In this document: positions 37,958-50,933 of the stretch, in pieces
Position numbering within the stretch: the stretch's first letter is position 1
Layout: each line of letters starts with the position of its first letter
Source: Trypanosoma brucei
Taxonomy: Eukaryota
Direction of reading: 5' to 3'
NCBI GenBank assembly: GCA_000002445.1
Contig: AE017150.2
Span: forward strand, 1,129,949 to 1,193,948
DNA: 64,000 nucleotides
Notes under the pieces: generated by a model
What the model was told of the DNA's origin: nothing
Databases searched by the model: none
Seen by the model: the letters and a program-made list of their open reading frames with translations, nothing else
Position numbers and translations under genes: made by a program

Positions 37958-40343
37958 AAATTTATTGGAATATCTTAATGTAGTAGAATTTGCATTTTTA
38001 TGGAAATATATTATTATACGAAACCGTATCTTTGTTGAAATAACTTGTATATATTTTACATCCATTTTGAAAATATTTTATACAATTCTTAAATGTGCGT
38101 TTGTATTTCAAAGCTTTTTGCAAACATGAGGAGACTTAAAGAGATCTTTTTTGTTGTGTAAATTTGATCTTTGAATGTAAAGTGGTATATTGGTGGAGTG
38201 TTGAAAATGGGTGCGAGAAAGATTTTTTCAATTATGGTTTATTCAATTAATTTGATGTTTACCTTTGAAAATGTTTAAATGTTTTCAAATATTTTTGACT
38301 TGTGGGTATAACGTGGTAGAGCGATAGGGGTGTGAAAAATGAGTGTGATTATGAAAACTTGCTATTTTGGTTTATTTTTTTTGTAATAGATATTAAGAGT
38401 AGTTTAAGGTTATGATGCTAATAGCAGTGTAGTAATAGTGAGCGTGTCATGTAAGTGTACATACTAACATTATGGTAAAAGTGGTGGTGCAGAACGACCG
38501 GAAGCAAAACAGAGACACTTAACACGACGCCAAGGATGCAATGGAGGTGAGAAAGTGACTGGGAGAGGGATAAAACGAGGAATGTTATTCAAATGATGAC
38601 TTAGACAGGAGGGGAAAAATGGAGTTGGAGTATGCGCAGTTTTTTCATTGTACATTTATCCTGCACGTGCTCCACTAGCTGCTCTGCTACTTTCTATACT
38701 CTGCATATCTTTGGAAGATGTTTAAATAGCCATGAATCAGTCCCCGCTTCCTCCATTGAAACTGTTCCTTTTTTGTCTCTACTAGGGAAAATTTTTCGAA
38801 ATGGCGTTTTCTCCCCTCCATATTATGGAATGTCTGTAATACCAACGGCTGGGAAGATGGGGATGGGATATTCAGCTTTTCTGGCGATCTTCTCCCTTTT
38901 ATTTCTTGATTGTATTTCCTTTTGTAAGAGGATAGAGTGGGTTCATTGTGGCCACTTATTTTAAAGATACCCATTAGGAATTGGGCCAGCTGCCACTGTT
39001 ATATATTTTTTTTATTCAGGCTCTCTATACCTTTTTTTTCCTTAGTGGAAGTAATATCGGGCACACCAGTGGATGGGTTGGTGACTCCTCACATTTGACC
39101 TTCAGCAAGTTTTACACTGCTTCCTTCTTCGGCTTACCGTGTCTCTCTTGAAGATGCCTTGTCCGGTACTGCTTCTGTGTGCACCTCATTGGGCAGTACG
39201 GGCGTTGGGTCGTTTCCTGCATTGTAGGAGTTATTATTACCAATTCATCTTTCTTCTTCCTTTTAACAGTTGTGGCACCTTATGGTAGGTTCGTGTGTGC
39301 CACACCAGTGAGTGTTGTGTCTTGTATGCACTATCACACCTTGCACACACAAAATTTATTCCTTCTTCTAGTACTGTGTGCCTCCATATTTTTGGCCTTT
39401 TCTCGGTCTTTTCCAATCAATTGTTTCCCCTGCCTCTTGAAATGCCTTTTTTCTCACTAAATGATCTTACAAGGATCCTTTCCTGGCTCTTGAATGTTTT
39501 ATTTGCTACCTTGAACTCAAAGACTCATTGTGTCTTGTTTTTTTCACGCATATGACAAAGAAGTCAACTCTAATGGTACTTCTTTCCACACATGGAGCAT
39601 TTTTCTTTAAGTGGCCTTTCTTTCTCTTTGAAGTCTCCTGTAGTATTGTCTGACTTTGGAATGCATTTGTGTCTGGTCAGTTAAGTTTTACTCTTTAGAA
39701 TTATTTTACGCCTTTGATACTCAAGTTTGTCCTTTTTACAATCCGTTTCCTCTATGCTATGCTCTGCCGGTTGATTCTCATTTTTCGTCTTCTGTTTGCT
39801 GCTATTCAGGATGTTTTGTTAGCATATGCCTTTTTAATCATTCATAAAACACATATTTCATATGGAACCATCGACACCCTAGCTTTTCTTTTTCCTCATC
39901 TGCCTCTTCTTTTATGCTCCTTTTCTGTTGATTCCCAACCTGCGATATCATTTACTTGTATGTGTGACCATGTGCTCCACTAGTAAACCACTTCTCCCAA
40001 AATTCATTTCACAAACATGGCAGTCTTAGTTACCTTTATATGCCTTAACTGCCAATTTTGCAATCTTTGTCATTTCCAGTGCTCTTTCGTTTTCTGAACC
40101 GTGTTTATCAGGCAAACTGCTCTAGTTTGACGACGTGCGCGCACCACGTTGCACAACGGGGATATTATGGGCTCATTTTGTCTTACCGTTACCTGTGATG
40201 ACTGTGTTTCCGTATTATCGTTCTGTGTACTTCTCGCTTTCCCATTCACAGCTGGCTCCAGTTCCACATAGTCACCACGACGCTATCTACACTCAGACTG
40301 CTCCATTGTTTTTGTCAGTACACAACGTAGCCATCCGAATTGT

Positions 40344-43300
40344 TTAGAGACCCTTTTCAAATTGCGCTAGTAATGATTTTTCCATCCTGTCCATTTTGGA
40401 TATTTTCTGCGTAGGTCTAATATGGTTGAGTAGAGCACTGCGATTTGTTTGTGATGTTTGGACCTCTTCGAATTCATTGTCCCCTTCTCGATGGATTTGC
40501 CTTTCTATACATGTGACTATGTCCGTGATCCATGCTGGATATGCCCTTAGCATTTTATCGTCTTTCTCTGCTTCTTTGTCAACTGTTTCATTTATTGGGA
40601 CCCTGCAGTGAGAATACAAACTGGAAGTTGACCGCTACTCTTAGCTTCACAATATGCAGAATTAGTTTCCACATTCGTTTCAGTATTGCCTTTGTTACTG
40701 CCGCAAGTCCGGGTTTAAGCGTCATTAAGAGCGACAATAAGTCTGTGAATATAGATACTTTTGTTTTTGTGATTTTCATTTACCTCGATTATCTTTACGA
40801 GCCGTTTGAGACCTGCCTCTATTGCTACACTTTCCATCCTATAGTTGCAGGCCAACGATCCAGCACCCATATGTACTCTCTTAATTTTTCCATGTAGGTG
40901 TGACATTATCGTTCCTGCACCTAAGCAGACATCTAATACCGCCGACCCATCTGCCCGCATACAACAGTCATAGTTTTTAAAACACTGTACCAGTTTCACT
41001 GTTTTTACTTTCTTAACTTTGTCTTTTGCGTTAGCTTTTAGACTCCTGATGGTTTGATGTTAAAATATACTGTCTTCGCAATTTGCAATAGGGTCTCATC
41101 TTGTGGTTTTCCTGGTTTATCTGTTTCGCCGCATATATGACTTACCCTGACCATTTTTATGTGAACTGGATGTTCTTGTTGGAACATATTATCTTCCGCG
41201 TCAGCATACTTTGCGCTCCCGACTTTCAATCTCAGGTAGTACCCCGTTACTCTACGGTACGCCACTTCGTTGCTCAGTGGCTTTAAACAAGCCTCTAAAA
41301 GAGAATATGTTCGGTTTTCTGATTTCGGTATGCTTGCCACAATGTTAGCAGCATTAGCATTCTGTTTTTACAGCTTTTCTCTATCCGATGGCGATGCATT
41401 AAACCGCGATGACAATATACTATAGCTAAACTTCGCCTGAACAAGAGCCAAACAGAATGCTCTTATTATTTCTCTACAGGGGCGATGTCAACTGCCCTAA
41501 GCTTCATTAGTCACATGTTTTCTGCTGTTTGTAGGAAGTGTGGATGTTTGCTTACTTCGTCCTTTATGTGGCTGTATTGTCAATCCCAGTAACTTTAGCG
41601 TTCTATTTTCCTTTAAAGCTTCCCCCTACTTTTAGTCTTATCCGGTTTGTGTCCCTTGATACAAATAGCGTATACTCCCCTTTATCACTGACATCTCCAT
41701 GAAGTGCAACGCTGGCAACTTCTCTGTACAATTAAGTCCTATCTGTACTGTTTTCCTGATCTCTCGAATATTTTGGATGAGCACATTATTGTGAGGTAAT
41801 CAGCAAACAATCCATACGCCAATCCTGGAATCATTTTAATTATTGAACTTAGCGAGCATGGGCTACTGCTACATTAAACAGTAGTAGGCCTAGCACTAAC
41901 TGTTGGGGACGCCGCATTTCAGCTGTATTTTTTCTGACTTCGTGTTGTCGATTCTTACTCGTGCAGTCCTTACTTTATAAAAGCCGCGCTATCCAGGCAA
42001 ACAGGTGCAACTTCATTCCGAATTCGTGTAGTGCCTTGTTTGTATATCGGTGATCTACAGAGTCAAATAATCTAGCATGATCAATAAATACTGCTGCTTC
42101 TTTTTTCTCCTGTTACTCTCTCTGTTACAGCTTGTTGTAGTGTCACTGGTTTGAATGACGCCATTTTTGTCACAAGTTTATTATGCTTTAGCAGCGGAAT
42201 AATTATAAAAGGTTTCCATTTTTTCGGAAGTTAACTGTTTTTCACACTGCAGTTAAATAGTCTCAACAGCTCTTTGACCAATCGTTCCAAGCTGTCTGAA
42301 TTCTTCGCAATGAATTTCGTAGTATTCCGAAGCAGTTACAGAGGAGAGCTCTTTTACTGCAGTTTCCAGTTCGGCTTCTGTAGTTGGTGTGAAAGTCCTT
42401 TTCCTGGTGATCGGAATTTGCATGTTCGGTCCTCCTAGTGCCTTTGTTGACCGCTCCATGTACATTGTTGCAAGCTTGTGTGCCTGCTGGCGCTTAGTCA
42501 ATGGATGTCCATTCACTACCACTACTGCTAATGTAAGCAGACGTGTGGCGTAAATAGACGTTACGATATTCCAGCTGGGGGGATTTGTGACTTCCAATTT
42601 GGAGACATTTTCTTTCTATCCTTAAAGGGTCGTGTCCGCAAGTACTTTTCTTCTTCTTCATCTACCCGGTGCATCTCTCATGCTTTCGTCCAGACACTTC
42701 ATTATCTGCTTACCTATTTTTGTCAATTCCTTCGTCTATAAAGGCGGTTCTATACCCTTACCTTTCTGTATGGTTTTCGTGGCTGCTTGTTTTATGCCTC
42801 TCTTGATGGCTTCATTTAGCGCATCCGCACCCTTTAGTTATTTCTTCATTCTTGTTGAAAAGAACGTAACAATAACTTTTCGGATTTTTTTAAAACCCAC
42901 TTTATTCCACGCGTGTAAAGCCCTGGCCAGGCTTTGAGGGTGCAATCACCTCTGCACCATCACTCACAAAAGCGCCAAAAGTGATTCAAAAATGGTCGCT
43001 ATCAGGACTCAGTGTAATTCTCCAATTTAATACTTCACAGTCTGTGCATTGCGATGTCTGTTTAAGACAATACAGCCGTTCCCGCCTGACGACGGGTTTC
43101 TTTTCTGGTGTTTGCTATCTTAGTATCGTTTTCGATACACCAATAAACAATGCATGCCCCTTTGCTGTCATTATTCTGCAGTGGGTTCCATAACTCATGA
43201 TGTGAGTTGAAATCTGCCCCTACTACAAGAGGACCGTTTTCTACCGCTGATTGTTCCAACGCTGTTTTGGAAACCATCGATTTTCTAGGAAAATAAGCTG

Positions 43301-43379
43301 AAACAACCGTCAAATTCACATCAGCCGAAAATTGTAGCGTTGCTGTGACTCTTTCTGGGACTCGCTTGCCAAGTGACAC
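40344..43379 (-). mobile_element. Degenerate ingi/L1Tc-clade non-LTR retrotransposon remnant (DIRE-like). It may extend down to ~38500 and up to ~43900.
   Basis: The - strand ORF at 43062-43379 encodes an APE-type endonuclease fragment (VVGADFNSHHELWNP, VSAYFPRKS). Collinear lower-coordinate ORF fragments (42253-42597, 41038-41340, 40715-40999, 40344-40619) have reverse-transcriptase-like sequence (GYYLRLKVGSAKYADAED is a degenerate GxPQGS...YADD region). They are interrupted by multiple stops and frameshifts. The order of endonuclease then RT on the - strand is consistent. Confidence 0.7.
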
Positions 43380-43977
43380 AGTTCTACTCCCACTCTATCT
43401 TTCACTAAAATTAAAACGCAACCCCTATGTGCTGTTTTTTCTAAACCTACATGCTGGTATCCACTATTTTAAGCACAGTAGATTCCACCGGGGCCACGCT
43501 CCTATCCTGCAATAGGCAGAAGACCACATAATCCTCTTGAAGCCGCCTCTCCAAGGCAAGTCGTTTTACTTGAGGTTACACCCCAGTGTTCCACTTGACT
43601 CCTTGAATCATGGGAAGAGGATTCTTCTCAACGTCCAGTTAATAAGCAGCATGTTTCGCTTCACATGTAGCAAAGCACGCTTGCACGTGCAGAGGAGCAG
43701 TCTAATATATTTTTTCACCCCAGAGTGCCGATTCTGCTGTTTGCTCCTTCTCTGATCGCCGAAAGCCTCTTTACCGCCACATTCCCGTCGGACTGGGTTT
43801 AATGAGGGCACTTGGCTTCTTTCTGGATAGAGTACTAGACCCTGGCGCAACGATGAGGTGACCGGCTTCACCAGGGAAATTTTCATAGTTTTTATAAAAT
43901 TGAACAAAAATCCTTTAAATTCTAAAATTCTACAAAGCCGATAAAAGCGAAAGAAATTGGAGCCAGTTGTTTGTTTA

Positions 43978-46405
43978 CTAGAAAACTACCATTTCTGCAC
44001 ATTTCTTTTTCGGATTCGGTCTCACCCTCTTTACCCTTTCTGAAGGCACAATTTTGTTTTTCATCTGTTTTTTCATTCTCACAAGTCCCTTTGGTTTGGT
44101 GTCTTGCACACCCACTTGCGGTTGATGACCCTCCGGTTTCTTGGGTTGCTTGCACAACCGATTTTTTGGATCTTTTTCGCATTTGTTAGTTGTAGAGTTA
44201 TATTTGCAGCCCGCGTCTGGTTTACATTCATCTGGGGTTGTTATTGTTGTGCAGTCTGTTTCTTGCTGCGGCTTGGAGTTAGCTGTGTTTGTTGTGCTAG
44301 CTGGGGCATGTGCGTGGGCCGCTTTGGGCCTTCGGTTTGCGTGAGTTTCTATCTTAGACACTAGTATTTTTAGCCGTTCGAATTCATCCGTTGCTAGCTT
44401 GTTAGCTGCTTTTTGCCGCTCTCTCTGCTTCAGCCACTGCGCTATCGTTTTTATTTTTACCAACTAGGGTATTTTGTTAAATTCCACGACGTCCCCGGTC
44501 GCTGCGTTTTGGTACTTTATGCACGCACCGGTATTTGATGCGTCACATGTGGCCGTCGCTTCGCCTAGCATGGCGGTCGTCGAAGTGGATGTCAGCTTGT
44601 TTTCGATGTTCTCCACCGCCGCCGTGAGTTTGTGATTTGTGATAGTATTGGTGGTTCTTTGCAGCCGCATTTTTCGTAGTATGTTGTAAGTGGCTACCTG
44701 TGGTTCATTTCTGGCCGACCAGGTGGGATGGGTGTACTCTGCAATACATAGTTTGTTGGTTTGTGTGTTTGGTACTACACAGAAGCAGAACAGAGTACCG
44801 AGTGTTGTTTTCACTGCTGCTGTTGCTCCGCTGTTACACGCAGCGTCGTATTTTTTTGCCGTGCTTGTGAATTCCTTTGCGCTGTCAACGGGTTCGTTGT
44901 CTGTTAGTGCTTCTCTCAGCTCTTTTATCATGGCTTCTTCTGTTTTGATCTCTTCTTTGTTTGCCGCCGCTGAGTAGACGTCGAATGCTGCATCTTCCAT
45001 TTGGCTGACGTCGACACTAGTTTCTCGTAGTTGACTCGCGTCGGCTGCGTCTAGTACGTGATATTTCTTTATTTTTTCTGCGGCCCCTTTGGTGTTGGCA
45101 GCCATAGCTGCAGCCGTCCACGTCGATCATTTTTCTTTCCAGTCTGTGTTGAGGCTTGCCGGTTGGTCGATGCTGCCGCTGTTGCAATAGCTGCATTATT
45201 TTTTGCTGCTACTACGGTTTTTGTTGTCTCTGATGGCAATTCACTGCTTCGAACTCACTCGTGCTTCGATCTTCAACGCTGCTGATTCCGCTACTATTGG
45301 GTCACCTGCTGAGTCTAGAGCTTCATCTGAAGCAAGTTCAGAGGCGAGGTCTGCAAGCTCTTTGTACTACGGTATTACGTTCAAATCTGTTTTTGTCGTT
45401 GTTTCAGCGTGCTATACCAGAAGCATACACTACTGTCTTGTGCCCCTTTACAACCTGTTGCAAGGAATTCTCCAATGTACGCGCCTGTCGCCGTGATTGT
45501 AACTGACGACGCTATTGTGGTTAGTGCTTGCTCTACGGCCGCTGCTGTCAGCTTTGTTGGTTGCTGGGCGCTACACATTTTGATTAGGTCTTGTATCTTC
45601 GTTGGAACTTTCCCCGCACTTGTCGGATATGCCACAGTCGCCGCCGTTTCGGACCAGCATGTGTCTTGCACAGCACTTCCCGTTGTCCTGTTGGCACATA
45701 CACAAAGAGCTACGGCCACTAGATTTTTCCCTGTGTTATTGGCTACGTTGGTGTTTTTGCAGCCGGTTGCCCTGTTGGCATTTGTGTTCCCTCCAGTGAA
45801 GATCACCTCGGCTTCTACAAGGTTCACCCATAACTTCCCGTCTTTTTTTCCTATAAAGGCCGTGGACATTCCGTTCTTTATTTTATCCGGAGTTACCTTC
45901 CTTTCTTTTCTGTTTTGAACCCCTAGTTTTTCGTGCAAGGTTGTGGCCCTCCTTGCTATTTTTCCTACTGTTCGCCTGCGTGCTTGCAGTTCGTCGGCTT
46001 TGAAGTCATCCGCTTTGAGCGTTTTAAGTTTTTGAGCTACGTTGTCTTCGCTGCCTACTCTCTGGACTGCTGGTGCCCAGCGTTCCCACATTTTTTTAAA
46101 GCGGCATTTTATGCGTGCTTAGGTAGTAGCGTTAACTGCCATTTGTCTGTCTGTCCTTCTTGAAGGAATGTTGCGCTCCACGATGGCTCCGCGAGGGTCA
46201 AGTTTATCTCAGTTATGCTGTTGTAAATCCCGTCGTCGTCCAAGTCAGCTGCTTCGTTAGTGAATGTCGTTGAGGTCCACCGTAGCACATTGCACATGGC
46301 ACCGAACTCCCGCCGGTTGGCGCCTGTACCAATGACAGGTTCTGCTCCTTGATTGTCCGTTATTATGGCGGCTGCCATTGCAAAGACGGCATGAGTTATC
46401 GGCAT
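43978..46405 (-). pseudogene. VSG pseudogene. Four collinear fragments carry N-terminal and C-terminal domain pieces separated by frameshifts.
   Basis: The ORFs 46109-46405, 45381-46091, 44464-45105 and 43978-44463 are A/T/K-rich helical VSG N-domain sequence with conserved Cys. They include INLTLAEPSWSATFLQEG, a surface-glycoprotein 'MSLAP/NMTL' motif. A C-terminal-domain Cys cluster follows (CKPDAGCKYNSTTNKCEKDPKNRLC). The hydrophobic GPI tail is lost. Confidence 0.75.
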
Positions 46406-47849
46406 TCCCTGCTACTGGGGTTACTGGAGTCGGCGTTGCCTTTTGTTGAACCTGAAGTAGGACAGACGGAAATAGAGATCAGTAACGGTTGGGGTTTGTG
46501 ATGTTGCGGCTTTTATAGCGGCTATGGCTTCGCTTTCGTTTCCGCTGAAGGTGTGTACCCTTTTGAAACAAAAATAATAAAATTATTATTTTTGGTATTT
46601 TTTAAATTTTTAAGTGGTTTTAACTATTGAAAAGTCACTGTGTTGTACACCTCTAGTTTTTTATTTTCGCACCTGTGGTTGTTGTGTTTTGCATCGAGTT
46701 TTGTTGAGTTGTTAGCAAACTAATCAATGACCATGATTAGTTTGCTCATCATACGTAAAGTCTGATACTAACTTCTGAGAGGGTAACAGCCAAATATCAG
46801 TAAATTTGCCGATTCACCGGTTAGGTTTGTTCTGTTGTTGTCGTTTTGCTCCGATTGTTTGCGTGGAAGTGCTTGTTTTACTAGGTGCTAAAGTTTCTGC
46901 GTTCTGCAATCTCCATGGTTGCTATCTTTCCGGTGCTTCGTCCGAGTACGGAGAAAATGCTTCAATTTTTAAAGCACGGCTCATTTGCTTTGATTTCCAC
47001 ACTTTATGTATTAGCGTCGCCATTTAGCTGCTTCCAGGTCTTGTTTTTTAAAAAATTTTCGTAAAATAAAAATCTGCAAAATGGAACTAAATATTCACTA
47101 GAATTGTGTATCCTATGGTGATTTTGGGTACGTGATGTATTTGCTGCCACAGTCTAATAAGCCAACTTATTTATTTTTTTTACTAATTTTACAATTTAAT
47201 GTGTATTTTTCACACCTTTGCGTAGATAAACTCTAAAAAACGACAACGTTTACACCTATTGCTTTTGTGTATTTGCCTGATTTAATGGTACACTGAGAGT
47301 CGCTGTTTCTACACTATCTTGTGACTCATAGGTGTTTTATTGATGATTGTTTTTCGCTATTTTTAGATATTCTTCCGCTTGTTACTAATACTTGTAAATT
47401 TGATGCTAATTTTATGACTGTTTTCGAGGTTGTATGGACAAATCAGTTTCTATTTTACATGCTTCGCCTTTTAACTTTTTTGATTCTTCTGAGAGACACA
47501 CTTTTCGACCAATTTCACCCACTTATCAGCTGAGTTTTCCGTTTTGGGTTCTTGTATGTCTACGGCAATTCCTTCCATTGATATAATGCATCCAACGAAG
47601 ATTTTGTGGCAGCATAATAGAAATTATGTACATTGCCATCTTCTCCATTTGTTTCTTCCTTGTGTTATTTCAAACGAATACATTTTGACTCTAAACGGAA
47701 CTCTGTTCCAACTGATCTCCGCCTCCATCATATCCTGTATGATCATTCCCATCTTAACGCTTGTGTATAAACTTCACATATTTCATCTGACACTCTAATA
47801 CTCACTAACTCACTCTTTTTTCCCTTTTCTACTATTAAGTGCTTTTATT

Positions 47850-47940
47850 TCGGCAGTCTAGTTAGGCATCAAATAAGTCTTATTATATTAGTATACACAC
47901 ACTCGCAACACTCTTCTATCATTATCATAAACTACTCCAC
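47850..47940 (-). repeat. 70-bp-type repeat (single or partial copy), 1.4 kb upstream of the VSG pseudogene at 43978-46405.
   Basis: The reverse complement reads ...gataatgatagaagagtgttgcgagtgtgtgtatactaatataataagacttatttgatgcc. It has the TRR-triplet, GTGTTG(C/T)GAGTGTGTG and TATACTAATATAATAAG modules of VSG-flanking 70-bp repeats. Confidence 0.65.
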
Positions 47941-48278
47941 ATTTCTTTTAATTTCATATAATAAACAAAATAAACAAAATTTTAATACCACCCATTTGTA
48001 ATACCCTATCACAATATTACTTTATACTCATATCATATCATTTACATTTTACTTAGATTCGAAAAATACATATTATATATATTTTTTTCGTTTCTTAAAA
48101 ATTTATACATTTTTACAAAAAGGTGTTAAAATATGTAAAATTCTCTCAAAAATTAAAATTTTAAAAATTTTCATAAAAATAAGCAAAATTTCTTATAATC
48201 CTTAAAATGCTACCATACTCACAAAAGCTGCAGAAAAAAGAGAAAATTTCTTATTTTTACTAGAAACCTGTAGTCCTT

Positions 48279-49760
48279 TCAATAATAATTCTCCCATTTG
48301 CATTCAGGGGCCTTGTTGCATTCGGGTTCTAGTTTCCCTTTGCATTTCTCTGTTGTTGCCTTTCCTGTTCCTGCTTTTCCTGTTGTTCCCTCTACAGCCT
48401 TCGGTTTGCATTCACTCTTGACTTTATCATAATTGCACTCTGCGGCTGTGCAACCGCTTTCATTGCCGTTGAACGTTTCGCATAGTCTCGGATCCGTCGT
48501 CGGTGTGCTCGGCTGCGCTGCTGCTATGCCCGGTTGGGATGGTGCTGTTAGCGTACCTGCTGGTGCGATGACAACTTGTTTGAATATTGCTTCCACTTGC
48601 CTTCGCATTGACGTTATTTGACGCTGTGTCGTATGTCGGTGAGGCTTGGCTTTTTCTGCTGCGTTAAGCTTGTCCGCCGCTTGCTGTAGCTTTTGTTCCC
48701 ACCCTATTTCTATCGCTGCCGCATCGCCTGTTAATGCTGTTGCTTTGGTCAGGTCTATGCATGCGGCGGCGGCGTGGTCTTTGCAGGTGTGGTTGTCTGT
48801 TTTCGTTCCTAGGATGACAGCCCTTCCACCAACGCTGCCTCCGTTCTTGTAGAGGCTTTTTAGTGCTGCTAGTTTGCTCGTTATCGCGTCTGCTGTTAGC
48901 TTTACTTGGTTTGATTTCTTGCAGATGGGTTCGTAAGTTCTGTATGCTGTTTTCACGTCGCCTGAGTTCCAGCCTGAGAGGTCTGGCGTTGAAGAGTCGC
49001 CGCATATATCTTTGCTTTGAGTTGTCCCTTTGGCACATATACAGACTAGCGCACCGCACAGCGCTTCCCCAGCTTTGGGTAGTGCGCACGTTGTTTGCCG
49101 GTTGCTTTCTACTTTTACGTTGCACTTCTGGTTGCTTTGCGCCGGAACGGGGTCGAGGTTATACGCTGCTTTGTTAAGTAGGGTGATTATGGCTGCTTTA
49201 ACACCGTTTACATGTGCTTTGTGTTTGTTCTCCCAGCTTGTTTTAAGTTCCTCTGCTGCCTCCAGCAGGCTTGCAACCTGTAACGAGGCTGCCCGCGCGT
49301 AGGGCGAAGTTAACTTGGCTTCTTCGAGTTTCAGCTTGTTTGGTCGTATTTTGTCCTCTTTTGCTTTCACTTTTGCTTTCACTTTTGCAGTTTCCCACTT
49401 TTTCCAGTGGCTTTTGCATGGGTCTGTCGCCGCTTTTTCTTTGCAGGGGACTGTTTCATCAGTTGGTTTGGAAGCGTCATCCGAGAATTGTTTGCTCCAG
49501 TTAGGATCTTCTAGTGTCATGTTTAGGGCCTCTATTATGGTGAGGTCATTTGTATCTATTTCCTCGTAGCTTAGAGCACTCATATCTGCTTCTGTTAGTT
49601 TAATGAGATCAAACAGAGCTGTTAACTCTGCTGCGTTTTTGCTTTCGTCTGGGCCGACTGCCTCGCAACGCATAGCGCTGCAAACGAGGGCTATAAAAAT
49701 AAGCATTGAGGGAACTAGTCTTCGAGTCATCGCTGTTAGTATCGGGCTGGTAATTCGCAT
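48279..49760 (-). CDS. Variant surface glycoprotein (VSG), 493-aa ORF. It has a signal peptide and full N- and C-terminal domains but no hydrophobic GPI signal.
   Basis: The N-terminal signal is [20 protein letters not shown]. The N-domain is typical and includes [17 protein letters not shown]. The C-domain Cys motifs end ...[21 protein letters not shown] and are followed by a stop. A 16-mer-like element (gtgttaaaatatgtaa at 48124-48139, 13 of 16 positions) lies 140 bp 3' of the stop. The missing GPI signal makes this a probable pseudogene donor rather than an expressible VSG. Confidence 0.8.
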   Translation of the reverse strand: MRITSPILTAMTRRLVPSMLIFIALVCSAMRCEAVGPDESKNAAELTALFDLIKLTEADMSALSYEEIDTNDLTIIEALNMTLEDPNWSKQFSDDASKPTDETVPCKEKAATDPCKSHWKKWETAKVKAKVKAKEDKIRPNKLKLEEAKLTSPYARAASLQVASLLEAAEELKTSWENKHKAHVNGVKAAIITLLNKAAYNLDPVPAQSNQKCNVKVESNRQTTCALPKAGEALCGALVCICAKGTTQSKDICGDSSTPDLSGWNSGDVKTAYRTYEPICKKSNQVKLTADAITSKLAALKSLYKNGGSVGGRAVILGTKTDNHTCKDHAAAACIDLTKATALTGDAAAIEIGWEQKLQQAADKLNAAEKAKPHRHTTQRQITSMRRQVEAIFKQVVIAPAGTLTAPSQPGIAAAQPSTPTTDPRLCETFNGNESGCTAAECNYDKVKSECKPKAVEGTTGKAGTGKATTEKCKGKLEPECNKAPECKWENYY

Positions 49761-50479
49761 TTATAGTCTACTGTCCTCTGGCCTGGTTACTGTCTTTTCT
49801 TATTTAGAGGCAGATGCTGTCCCTACAAGAAACGCAAGTGCATATTGTAACGGCTTCATTCTTATCGACAATTTAAAACAATAAATATATGGCATGATGC
49901 TTGTCTTGGGTTTACATATTCTAATTGATGTTCATTTACAGTATACTAAAAAGGTTTCCTTATAATCTATATCATTCACTCGCCATTCCATCCATTGTAT
50001 TTGTCAAGTAAAAAAAACACTAGCATTTACTCTATAAAACTTCGGCCAAGGCCCTTACCGCTTAACATCAACATCCGCTGTAAAATTAAAAACCTCAGTT
50101 GACACCTTCTCCGCTGCTGCATCTATTTATGTATGAAATACATGGTATAATTGATTTATGCTGTTCATAATAATGCGCTATTTGTCCCTTTGCTGTGCTG
50201 CGGTGTTGCGTATTCTATAATTTCATTAATTTTTCTTTCCCGCCTCTCTACTACTTCCTATGCTTCAGATTACGCAGCGAATTCATTTTGAACGCACATT
50301 TCCCTATGTACCCCGCTCATTGTCCCCTACTAAAATCTTCTGGTATACAATGATGCCCATAGTCATATTTGTGTTTGAAACTTCGAATATTCCATATCCC
50401 TGTCTCTCCCGCTCACTCTCTGACTCACAGTCAAACTTACTCAGTTACATCCGTAGGACGTTTTCAATTGCTTTAAGTG

Positions 50480-50600
50480 CATCTATTTTGCCTAAGCTTC
50501 TGTTCTGCATCACCATGCTTATAATATTATTATATATCTTTATTACAACTTTTCTATCATTATCATTATTATCATCATTATTATTAAAGTTATAATTTCT
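50480..50600 (-). repeat. Weak 70-bp-like triplet-repeat element upstream of the VSG at 48279-49760.
   Basis: It has a (TCA/TTA)n run, tcattatcattattatcatcattattatta, and a CT-rich flank. It matches the 70-bp consensus only partially. Confidence 0.4.
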
Positions 50601-50786
50601 ATCAATATTATAAATTTAACTTATATCCAGAAAATAAACAAAATATACAAATATGCTAAATCAGAGTGGTACTCATTTTCCATACCATATTACTCCTCAG
50701 CTTTCCATCCATATGTCACTATGATGGATATTTTTCAAAATTGTTAGTTCTATAACATTTTTAGTTCTCGCAAAGGTTTTAAAAAC

Positions 50787-50802
50787 GTGTTAAAATATAT
50801 CA
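50787..50802 (-). promoter_or_regulatory. VSG 3'UTR conserved 16-mer (TGATATATTTTAACAC on the - strand), an exact match.
   Basis: The + strand reads gtgttaaaatatatca. It lies 132 nt 3' of the stop of the VSG pseudogene at 50934. The 16-mer is the known mRNA-stability element of VSG transcripts. Confidence 0.8.
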
Positions 50803-50933
50803 AAATATATCAATTTTAGAAAAGTTTTCTCGAAGTAGAAAATTTTATAAATTTCATAATTTTCTGAAAATCGAGAAAAATTCCTTAAAGTAATAAATTA
50901 AAAAAAGCAAGCCCACAAAAACAGTAGCCATAC

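Noticed and set aside
38000-40300. A possible tRNA or snRNA gene at the strand-switch region.
   Set aside because: No cloverleaf-compatible segment or A/B-box-like motif could be recognised by eye. This needs tRNAscan or Infernal and is left uncalled.
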